Shown here in pieces: positions 1 through 8,722 of a stretch of 64,000 nt of DNA (positions are counted from its first letter, which is position 1; every line of letters begins with the position of its first letter). The position numbers and the translations under genes are program-made. The DNA comes from Candidatus Omnitrophota bacterium (lineage in GTDB: Bacteria > Omnitrophota > Gorgyraeia > Velamenicoccales > JABMQK01). The notes beneath the pieces are model-generated. The model was not told the DNA's origin. It made no database searches and worked only from the letters and a program-made list of their open reading frames with translations. Location: the NCBI GenBank assembly GCA_028711115.1, contig JAQTSV010000001.1:646032-710031 (forward strand). Reading direction: 5' to 3'.

Positions 1-41
1 AAAGGCAGATGTCCCCAAATCTTTCAAGGCAATAACTTGAT

Positions 42-884
42 ATGACACAGATTAGCGTCATAATACCCACATATAACAGAGCCATATTTCTTAAAAAAGC
101 TATGGATTCTGTATTGAATCAGAGTTATCAGGATTTTGAGCTTATCATAGTAGACGATGGTTCAGTTGACGAAACAAAGGTTATGATGAAGGAATACGAA
201 AACAGAGTCAAATATATTTATCAGCAAAATAAAGGACCGGCCTCGGCTCGTAACAGGGGCATTAAAGAGGCGAAAGCAGATTTTGTCGCCTTTTTGGATT
301 CCGACGATTGGTGGGCAAAGGATAAATTAAAAGTTCAGCTCAAGGCAATGCAGGACAGTCCGGATTATCTGATTTCTCACACACAGGAAATCTGGTATAA
401 AAACGGTAAGGTTCTTAATCAGAAGAAAAAGCATAGGAAATTCGCAGGTCATATATTTGATAAGTGCCTTCCGATTTGCGCAGTAGGCATGTCCACCATG
501 ATGGTAAAAAAAGAATTATTTAAAAAGATCGGTTTATTCGATGAAGATTTGCCCTGTTGCGAGGATTATGATTTATGGTTACGGGCAAGTGTAAAATTCC
601 CTTTTCTTCTGATTGATAAACCTCTTACGCTAAAGCAAGGCGGCCGGCCAGAACAGGTTTCTTCCAAATACGCCCAAGGCATCGACAAATTCAGGATTTA
701 CAGTATTAAAAAATTGCTGGAAGAAGACGCATTGGATAATCAAAAACGCCAATTAGCCGTTGCTGAACTGAAAAGAAAATGCAAAATCTACGGAGAAGGT
801 TGTATAAAGCACAATAAGAAAGAAGAAGGAAAATTCTATCTCGACCTCATGAGGCAATATTCTATTGTGTTGACAATATTATAA
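42..884 (+). CDS. Family 2 (GT-A) glycosyltransferase
   Basis: 280-aa ORF with SVIIPTYNR, VDDGSVD and LDSDD (DXD) motifs typical of GT2 enzymes. Confidence 0.85.
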   Translation: MTQISVIIPTYNRAIFLKKAMDSVLNQSYQDFELIIVDDGSVDETKVMMKEYENRVKYIYQQNKGPASARNRGIKEAKADFVAFLDSDDWWAKDKLKVQLKAMQDSPDYLISHTQEIWYKNGKVLNQKKKHRKFAGHIFDKCLPICAVGMSTMMVKKELFKKIGLFDEDLPCCEDYDLWLRASVKFPFLLIDKPLTLKQGGRPEQVSSKYAQGIDKFRIYSIKKLLEEDALDNQKRQLAVAELKRKCKIYGEGCIKHNKKEEGKFYLDLMRQYSIVLTIL

Positions 885-928
885 AAAGTAACTAAAATAT
901 CTTCATCTTTAAATTCAAGGAGTAAATA

Positions 929-1660
929 GTGAGTTTAGCTAAAGAGATAGCCGGTTGGATTAAAAAGAAAGTAAAACAAGCCAAGGCTGAAGGCGTAGTT
1001 ATAGGCTTAAGTGGCGGGATAGATTCTTCCTGTGTGGCAGTTCTTTCCAAAATGGCTTTAGGCAGTAATGTTTTGGGTTTGATTTTGCCCTGCCAAAGCG
1101 ATTCTCAAGACGAAAGGCTGGCCAGGCTTTTAGCAGATAAATTTGATATAAAAGTAGAAAAGAAGACTTTAGATCCAGTATACGAAAAGTTAAAAGAAAC
1201 TTTGCCAAAAGCAGGGAAATTGGCTATGGTTAATCTTAAACCGAGATTAAGGATGCTGACCTTGTATTATTTCGCCAATAAGATGAATTATTTGGTAGCC
1301 GGTTGCGGTAACAAAAGCGAAATTACCGTCGGTTACTTTACCAAATATGGCGACGGAGGCGCAGATATATTTCCTTTGGGAGGATTATTAAAGACAGAAG
1401 TAAGAAAATTAGCCAAGGAGTTGGGAATACCACGTGAGATTATAGAAAGAGCACCTACTGCTGGATTGTGGCAGGGTCAGACCGATGAGTCCGAGATGGG
1501 CATTACTTATGAAGATTTAGATAAGGCAATTATAGCTATAGAAAAAGGCAAGGCGCGCAGTTTATTTTCGCAGGAAATTGTCGCTAAAGTTAAGAATTTG
1601 ATACGAGTATCAGACCATAAAAGGCTGCCGATTCCCATATACGAAAAAGGCAGAAGCTAA
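929..1660 (+). CDS. nadE: NH3-dependent NAD+ synthetase
   Basis: 243-aa ORF with a GTG start preceded by AAGGAG. SGGIDSS PP-loop motif; short form without a glutaminase domain. Confidence 0.9.
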   Translation: MSLAKEIAGWIKKKVKQAKAEGVVIGLSGGIDSSCVAVLSKMALGSNVLGLILPCQSDSQDERLARLLADKFDIKVEKKTLDPVYEKLKETLPKAGKLAMVNLKPRLRMLTLYYFANKMNYLVAGCGNKSEITVGYFTKYGDGGADIFPLGGLLKTEVRKLAKELGIPREIIERAPTAGLWQGQTDESEMGITYEDLDKAIIAIEKGKARSLFSQEIVAKVKNLIRVSDHKRLPIPIYEKGRS

Positions 1661-1731
1661 AATGTCCAAGAAATTTCTTGACAAGTGAATTGGATTGATA
1701 TATCATTCATCTGTTCAGATATAGGACAAAG

Positions 1732-1768
1732 GCGTCTTTTCTAAAAAAGGAAAGGCGCTTTTTATTTT
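1732..1768 (+). terminator. Intrinsic terminator downstream of nadE, upstream of gdhA
   Basis: 10-bp stem GCGTCTTTTC/GGAAAGGCGC (two G-U pairs), 7-nt loop, followed by TTTTTATTTT. Confidence 0.6.
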
Positions 1769-1819
1769 GATAAGAAGTTTAAGCGGTTAATAAACGCTCA
1801 CAAATTGATAAAACAATAA

Positions 1820-3184
<1,365 letters not shown>

Positions 3185-3223
3185 GATTTACCGGTAATTT
3201 TAAATTGCAGCAGGAACAAAAAA

Positions 3224-3248
3224 CCCCTGATTTCTCAGGGGTTTTTTT
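3224..3248 (+). terminator. Intrinsic terminator after gdhA
   Basis: CCCCTGA/TCAGGGG 7-bp stem, TTTC loop, 7-T tail, A-tract upstream. Confidence 0.85.
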
Positions 3249-3274
3249 GTAGGTGGTAAACCTCATGGCTTGCG
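3224..3274 (+). repeat. Terminator-containing intergenic repeat, copy 1
   Basis: 51 nt aligns without gaps to 4887-4937, with 44 of 51 positions identical by manual alignment. The match extends 26 nt beyond the T-tail. Confidence 0.8.
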
Positions 3275-3323
3275 TTAAGATTATTCCCATGCTACAATAG
3301 ACACAAAAATATAATACTATACG

Positions 3324-4835
3324 ATGGATAAAGAAAAATTAATTAACTTTTTAAAAAGAAATTGGTGGGTTTTTTTTGTAGTAATTTTTGCGGCGATAGA
3401 AGTGTATTGGATATGGCAAGTTGAATACTTGGGCTTCCAAGATCACCCCTCGCATCTTTTTAGGCTTCACGTTGTAGCTAACTACAATAATCCTCTCTAC
3501 GATTATCATAAATATTTTCTACTAAATTGGGGCTTAACACCTAATCAGGGTTCGGATATCATTGTATTCTTGCTCAGTAAGATTTTTTCTGTCCAGGTTG
3601 CAGGAAAGCTATTTTTTTGCCTTTATATTATACTTTTGCCGTTGAGTATGTGGTATTTTCTTAAGGGAGTCCGTCCAGAAAATTGTGCCTATACTCTTTT
3701 GGCAAGCGCGCTTAGCTTTAGTTATTTTGTCAAGATGGGGAATGAAAATTTCTTAAGCAGTATCCCTGTTTTTTTATTTTTCTTGGGGTATTGGTACAGG
3801 CATAGAGATAATTTCACCGTTTATACCCAGCTTACCAATAGCTTGTTGTTACTTTTCTTGTATTATTGCCACATGCTTTCATTCGTATGTGCACTAGTTA
3901 CAATAATAGCCGTATCTCTTGTTGAAAGAAAAAAGTTGCGTACTATTTTAAGGACTATTCTTGTTTCTCTGCCTGGCCTTTTTCTATTTTTCGCATGGGT
4001 AATAAGAATTATGCTGCAGGGAGCAACAAAAGAATCCGGGTTGTTGTATATAACTCCGTATTCTTCCTGGTTACATAAAGCGCGCAGCCTTACTTATGGT
4101 ATTTTTCCTTTCTCTTTTGCAACTCTTAGTGTTTCAAATATCTTGATAAGCTTATTTTTAATTCTCGTCTTCTATATGATAATTGTTGGCATCGTTTATA
4201 GATGGCGACAGGGGAAGAGAATCTGGCTGTGGGCCATAATTACTCTGACCTTCTTCGCTATAGTATTGCCGCGTGATTTTATTATATTGATGCCTGGACA
4301 ACGCATTATTTATTTGGTTTTGCTTATCGCCCCCGTTATTTTCTTAAATAAGGGAATACTGCGATTTTGTTTTCTGAGTTTTCTTATTGTTTTCACTGCT
4401 ATGGCACGTATTGATGAAACGGAATATCTTATTACGGGAGATAAAATCATTTCTTATATTGTTGCTCCTTTCAAAGAAGTTCCTCAGGTTGCAATTAACC
4501 ATCAGGAAAAGGTTTTACCGCTGGTTTTGTATCCTTACAAGGTACATCCTTTTGGCCATCGAGTATTCGAATACTACAATCTATTTAATGGCGGGGTTAA
4601 TCCCTATCATGCCATGTCTCATCTTTTTACGGTGCGTTACCGCATAAACCTGCCAGCCTCTCATATATATGAATCGAAAATAAATAGCGAAATATTTAAG
4701 GCATACGATATTATCATTGTTATCGGTAGGGATACCTATAAAGGTAAAGGGAAGGGATTATTGGATTATCTTTCGTCTATCGGTTTCAGGGAAATCAGTG
4801 GGAATGCAATTACGGCTGTCTTGAAGAAGCTATAG
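3324..4835 (+). CDS. Polytopic integral membrane protein of unknown function (possibly GT-C-like)
   Basis: 503-aa ORF with about 11-12 hydrophobic segments and a C-terminal ~130-aa soluble part. No family motif recognised with confidence. Confidence 0.7.
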   Translation: MDKEKLINFLKRNWWVFFVVIFAAIEVYWIWQVEYLGFQDHPSHLFRLHVVANYNNPLYDYHKYFLLNWGLTPNQGSDIIVFLLSKIFSVQVAGKLFFCLYIILLPLSMWYFLKGVRPENCAYTLLASALSFSYFVKMGNENFLSSIPVFLFFLGYWYRHRDNFTVYTQLTNSLLLLFLYYCHMLSFVCALVTIIAVSLVERKKLRTILRTILVSLPGLFLFFAWVIRIMLQGATKESGLLYITPYSSWLHKARSLTYGIFPFSFATLSVSNILISLFLILVFYMIIVGIVYRWRQGKRIWLWAIITLTFFAIVLPRDFIILMPGQRIIYLVLLIAPVIFLNKGILRFCFLSFLIVFTAMARIDETEYLITGDKIISYIVAPFKEVPQVAINHQEKVLPLVLYPYKVHPFGHRVFEYYNLFNGGVNPYHAMSHLFTVRYRINLPASHIYESKINSEIFKAYDIIIVIGRDTYKGKGKGLLDYLSSIGFREISGNAITAVLKKL

Positions 4836-4886
4836 TTTTCTTTCTGCGTTATCGAATGTATTTTTATATTGCCCTCAACAAAAAGA

Positions 4887-4911
4887 CCCCTAATTTTTTA
4901 GGGGTTTTTTT
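4887..4911 (+). terminator. Intrinsic terminator after the membrane-protein gene
   Basis: CCCCTAA/TTAGGGG 7-bp stem, TTTT loop, 7-T tail. Confidence 0.85.
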
Positions 4912-4937
4912 GTAGGTGATAGACCTCGTAGCTTGCG
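4887..4937 (+). repeat. Terminator-containing intergenic repeat, copy 2
   Basis: Aligns to 3224-3274. A stem difference is compensatory (G-C in copy 1, A-T in copy 2). Confidence 0.8.
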
Positions 4938-5027
4938 CTATCTATCTAACCTCCGCTTAATGTTGTCTGGGGAAAGCATAACATATTGTTTGGCGGAATT
5001 CAAGGTTAGTCAGTATTTAAAAATTAT

Positions 5028-5055
5028 TTGACAAAACCAGATACGGTGTTAAATT
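5028..5055 (+). promoter_or_regulatory. Putative sigma70-type promoter for msrB-msrA
   Basis: TTGACA (5028-5033), 16-nt spacer, TGtTAAATT extended -10 (5050-5055). Confidence 0.4.
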
Positions 5056-5101
5056 GGGTGCAGAATATTTTTAAAAACATTTCTAATTTAAAGATCTCCA
5101 A

Positions 5102-6130
5102 ATGAATTATAAATTGTTGGGAAAGATAATTATTATTTTATGTTTAACCCCTTTTATGCTGGGAGGGAGTATGCAAAAGCCATGCAATAAAGACGAAAAG
5201 ATTAAGATATATAACAGCGCAACCGGCAAGGTCGAAATAGTAAATAAGGTTTGTAAGAGCGACGAGGAGTGGAAGAAGATTCTTACGCCTGAGCAATTTC
5301 GTATTATGCGGCTTAAAGGCACAGAGGTGGCATTTACTCAAACCTGTCCTATCCCGGGGAAAGGACAGAGCGGCGTATATCAGTGTGCAGGTTGCGGCAC
5401 GGATTTGTTTAAATATGAAACGAAATTTGATTCAAAGACAGGCTGGCCGAGCTTTTGGGAGCCGGTATCAGAATTAAATATAAGGCTTGAGCAGGATAAT
5501 AGTTTCGGTATGTCGCGCACAGAAGTTATCTGCGCAAGGTGCGATGCGCATCTGGGGCATGTTTTCGATGATGGTCCAAACCCTACGGGAAAACGTTATT
5601 GCATAAATACAATAGCGCTTAAGCTTAAGGAATTAGACAATGCCCAAAAAGGCGAAAAGGCGACTTTTGCCGCGGGTTGTTTCTGGGGAGTCGAGTCTGC
5701 CTTCAGGCAGTTATTGGGAAAAGGAGTTATTTCTACGCGCGTAGGTTATACCGGAGGGCATACCAAAAATCCCACTTATAAAGATGTTTGCAGCGACGAA
5801 ACCGGGCATGCCGAGGCAGTTGAAGTTGAATATGACCCCAGCATTATTTCTTACCAGAAGCTTTTGGATATATTTTGGAGCATTCATGATCCGACTACGC
5901 CGAATCGTCAAGGACCTGATATAGGTTCGCAATACCGTTCAGCGATTTTCTATCATAATCTGGAACAGGAAAAGTCGGCTAAGGAATCATTGGCGCGGCT
6001 TGAGAAGTCAAAAAAGTATAAAAAGAAAATTACCACAGAGATTGCAGAAGCCAAGGAATTTTATCCTGCAGAAGACTATCATCAGCAATATTTTGAAAAG
6101 AACGGCATAAAGCCGACCTGCCATCTTTAA
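5102..6130 (+). CDS. msrAB: Bifunctional peptide methionine sulfoxide reductase, MsrB-MsrA fusion with N-terminal signal sequence
   Basis: 342 aa with a hydrophobic N-terminus. MsrB Zn motifs CAGCG and [16 protein letters not shown] plus RYCIN; MsrA GCFWG motif in the C-terminal half. Confidence 0.9.
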   Translation: MNYKLLGKIIIILCLTPFMLGGSMQKPCNKDEKIKIYNSATGKVEIVNKVCKSDEEWKKILTPEQFRIMRLKGTEVAFTQTCPIPGKGQSGVYQCAGCGTDLFKYETKFDSKTGWPSFWEPVSELNIRLEQDNSFGMSRTEVICARCDAHLGHVFDDGPNPTGKRYCINTIALKLKELDNAQKGEKATFAAGCFWGVESAFRQLLGKGVISTRVGYTGGHTKNPTYKDVCSDETGHAEAVEVEYDPSIISYQKLLDIFWSIHDPTTPNRQGPDIGSQYRSAIFYHNLEQEKSAKESLARLEKSKKYKKKITTEIAEAKEFYPAEDYHQQYFEKNGIKPTCHL

Positions 6131-7666
6131 TTAGAGTAGCGGCAAGTATTTCTTAATCTCGTGCTGTGAAATTTGGATTCGGTAATCGTCCCACTCTTTC
6201 TTTTTATTGAATAAAAACCTCGAGAATATATGTTCGCCCAAAGTATCTTTTATAAATTTACTCTTTTCCGTTTCTAAAATAGCCTCAAATAAGTTTCCCG
6301 GCAAAGCGACGAGGCCTCGGCGCTCGCGTTCTTCCATCGCCATATGATAGATATTCGGTTCGATAGGCGAGGGGATGGGGTATTTTTTCTCAATGCCTTC
6401 AAGGCCCGCTGTCAACATTACCGCAAACGCCAGATAGGGGTTGCAGGCCGGGTCCGGGCAACGCAGTTCTGCGCGAGTTGCTTTCTCATTTCCTGGCCGA
6501 TAGAGAGGAACCCTGATTAAAGCAGTGCGGTTTTTATGCGCCCAGGAAACATATACCGGCGCTTCGTATCCTGCGACCAATCTTTTATAAGAGTTTACCC
6601 ATTGAGCGGTTAAAGAAGATATTTCACGCGCGTGTTTTAATTGGCCGGCAATAAACTGCTTGGCTGTTAAAGACAAGTGGTGGCTGTCTTTGGCGTCGAA
6701 AAACGCATTGCGGTTGCCGCGAAACAGCGACTGATGGCAGTGCATGCCAGAACCAGCTACGCCAAAAATCGGCTTGGGCATAAATGTGGCATATACGCCG
6801 CTCTGCTGGGCAACTTCTTTAATCACATATTTGGAGGTAATTACGTTATCTGCCGCTTCTAATGCGCCGCAGTATTTTGGATCTATTTCATGCTGGCTGG
6901 GCGCGACTTCATGATGAGTCGCTTCCATGGTAATACCCATTTCTTCCAATATGCGCACAGTCTTATTGCGCAGCGTATCTGCCAAGTCGTTGGGAATTAA
7001 TTCAAAATAAGAACCCTCGTCGATAATTTCAGGTTTTTTATCGGTCTTAAAATAGAAGTATTCGATTTCGGGCCCTACAAAAAATGATAAACCTATTTTT
7101 TTTGCGCGTTCCAAGGCGCGTTTTAAGACGTAGCGCGGATCGCCTGCGTAGGGAGTTCTATCCGGATTAAGGATGTCGCAGAATAACCTGGCAGTGGGGT
7201 GCGTTTCCATAGTCCAGGGTAATATCTTAAAGGTATAAGGGTCTGGCTGGGCGATAATGTCGCTTTCCTCTGCCTCGGCAAATCCCGTGACAGATGAACC
7301 GTCGAAACCTTTCCCGTGTTCGAGGGCTTCCGCGAGTTCGCCTTTAGTGATAGAGACGCACTTAAGTATTCCCAATATATCCACAAACCATAGCTGTATC
7401 GTTTTTATGTTATAGCTGTCTATTTTTTTGAGGACTTCTTTTGTGGAAGACTTTTCAATCTTGACAGTCTTGGGCATATTTATCCCTGTTGCCTTTCCCA
7501 TATCTTGGGATATCTTTTTAGAGAGGAGCTGGTTTTTTGGGATTATATACTGTCTTCCTGCGCGTTCGGCAGCCAGCGTGCCATGTTTTATCCTGTCGAT
7601 GACGGCTTGACGGGAGAGTTTTAGTATTTTTGCTGCTTCCGTGGGGCTTAAGTATTCCTTTTCCAT
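6131..7666 (-). CDS. glnA: Type I (GSI-alpha-like) glutamine synthetase with N-terminal helix-turn-helix domain
   Basis: 511 aa with AAGGAG SD. Residues 1-47 resemble an excisionase/MerR-like HTH. The rest has GS motifs FFVGPEIEYFYF, HHEVAPSQHEI, GSGMHCHQSL, NSYKRLVAGYEAP, NRTALIRVP. Confidence 0.9.
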   Translation of the reverse strand: MEKEYLSPTEAAKILKLSRQAVIDRIKHGTLAAERAGRQYIIPKNQLLSKKISQDMGKATGINMPKTVKIEKSSTKEVLKKIDSYNIKTIQLWFVDILGILKCVSITKGELAEALEHGKGFDGSSVTGFAEAEESDIIAQPDPYTFKILPWTMETHPTARLFCDILNPDRTPYAGDPRYVLKRALERAKKIGLSFFVGPEIEYFYFKTDKKPEIIDEGSYFELIPNDLADTLRNKTVRILEEMGITMEATHHEVAPSQHEIDPKYCGALEAADNVITSKYVIKEVAQQSGVYATFMPKPIFGVAGSGMHCHQSLFRGNRNAFFDAKDSHHLSLTAKQFIAGQLKHAREISSLTAQWVNSYKRLVAGYEAPVYVSWAHKNRTALIRVPLYRPGNEKATRAELRCPDPACNPYLAFAVMLTAGLEGIEKKYPIPSPIEPNIYHMAMEERERRGLVALPGNLFEAILETEKSKFIKDTLGEHIFSRFLFNKKKEWDDYRIQISQHEIKKYLPLL

Positions 7667-7713
7667 TTTAGGTCTCCTTTTTTCGCGTTATATCAATTCA
7701 GTTGGTATCCTTC

Positions 7714-7729
7714 CTTTACAATTGTAAAG
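7714..7729. promoter_or_regulatory. Perfect 16-bp palindrome (putative operator O1) at the glnA -10/start site
   Basis: CTTTACAATTGTAAAG; overlaps the last 2 nt of the minus-strand -10 and the predicted +1. Confidence 0.6.
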
Positions 7730-7755
7730 TATACCATATGCTTTACAATTGTCAA
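7728..7755 (-). promoter_or_regulatory. Putative sigma70-type promoter of glnA
   Basis: Minus strand TTGACA (7755-7750), 16-nt spacer, TGgTATACT (-10 at 7733-7728), about 60 nt upstream of the ATG. Confidence 0.6.
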
Positions 7756-7756
7756 G
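7741..7756. promoter_or_regulatory. Near-perfect 16-bp palindrome (putative operator O2) over the glnA -35
   Basis: CTTTACAATTGTCAAG, one mismatch to O1, 27 bp away; contains the -35 hexamer. Confidence 0.6.
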
Positions 7757-7857
7757 TAAAATTTTTAAAATATTTTATGGGTGGTTTTTAATATAAAAAG
7801 CTGTTTTTTAAAGCCGTTTCTGTGGTATTCAAATAATTGTTAGTTATAGAATTATGC

Positions 7858-7886
7858 TTGCAAAAATAATTAAAGAGAGATAAAAT
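7858..7886 (+). promoter_or_regulatory. Putative promoter of the GAF-ANTAR gene
   Basis: TTGCAA (7858-7863), 17-nt spacer, TAAAAT (7881-7886). Confidence 0.35.
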
Positions 7887-7913
7887 AGTTCGTCAAAAAG
7901 GGCAATAAAAATT

Positions 7914-8615
7914 ATGCCAAAGTCTTCTTATAAATCCTATATCGACACTCTGAATAAAATCAGCACGGCAATTACCTCGGATCTTTATCTCGAAGATATG
8001 CTTAAGCTGATCGTCACATTGACAGCGAATGTGATGCAGGCAAAGATATGCGCTTTGTGGTTGTTGGACCAGGGTACTCAAGAGCTAAAAATAAGGGCCA
8101 CGCAGGCCATGAGCAGTGATTATTTAAAGGACAGGAGCCTGAAAGTAGGCGAGGGCATAGTAGGTTTGGTGGCAAAAGAAAAGAAACCCCTGGTTATCCC
8201 CGATGTTTTAAAGCACCCCAGCTATAAAGAAAAAAAGTTAGCCCATAAAGAAGGTCTGGTTTCCATGGTAAGCGTTCCCATGATGGTTAAGAATAAGGTT
8301 ATCGGTGTGATAAATTGCTATACCACTACCTCCTATAAATTTACCAAAAACGATATCAATCTTTTAGCTACAATAGCTAATCAGGCGGCAGTGGCTATAG
8401 AGAATACAGAATTGATGGTTAAGACAAAGGTGATTCAGGAAGAATTAGATGCAAGGAAGAAGATAGAGCGGGCAAAGGGGATTCTTATGAAAGAAGAGAA
8501 TCTCACAGAGGAACAGGCGTACAATTTGATAAGAAAATCCAGCATGGATAAGCGCCTTAATATGAAAGAAGTTGCAGAAGCAATCATACTTGCTTACGAA
8601 GTAAAGAAGAGCTAG
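7914..8615 (+). CDS. GAF domain - ANTAR domain RNA-binding antitermination regulator
   Basis: 233 aa. N-terminal GAF-like region (EGIVGLVAKEKKPLVIPDV...VIGVINCY). C-terminal ANTAR-like helices (IERAKGILMKEENLTEEQAYNLIRKSSMDKRLNMKEVAEAII). Confidence 0.85.
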   Translation: MPKSSYKSYIDTLNKISTAITSDLYLEDMLKLIVTLTANVMQAKICALWLLDQGTQELKIRATQAMSSDYLKDRSLKVGEGIVGLVAKEKKPLVIPDVLKHPSYKEKKLAHKEGLVSMVSVPMMVKNKVIGVINCYTTTSYKFTKNDINLLATIANQAAVAIENTELMVKTKVIQEELDARKKIERAKGILMKEENLTEEQAYNLIRKSSMDKRLNMKEVAEAIILAYEVKKS

Positions 8616-8666
8616 CTAACCGCCTTGGCGGCTTTATTTATATAACAATGATGTTAATTAGCAAAG

Positions 8667-8700
8667 AAGCTCCAAATTAAAAGCGGAGCTTTTATTTTTT
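8667..8700 (+). terminator. Intrinsic terminator after the GAF-ANTAR gene
   Basis: AAGCTCC/GGAGCTT 7-bp stem, 11-nt loop, TTATTTTTT tail. A weaker CCGC-CUUG-GCGG hairpin lies at about 8620-8640. Confidence 0.7.
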
Positions 8701-8722
8701 GGGAGAAGAATAATTTTTCAAG

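Noticed and set aside
4387-4647. 86-aa out-of-frame ORF inside the membrane-protein gene, together with the other short overlapping same-strand ORFs in the track
   Set aside because: They are alternative frames of longer, better-supported genes with no independent start signals.
7667-7760. TnrA/GlnR-type or NtcA-type site in the glnA promoter
   Set aside because: The TGTAA and TTACA half-sites present are separated by 0 or 15 nt, not the 7 nt of TGTNA-N7-TNACA, and no GTA-N8-TAC is present. I therefore reported the palindromes as a distinct operator type.
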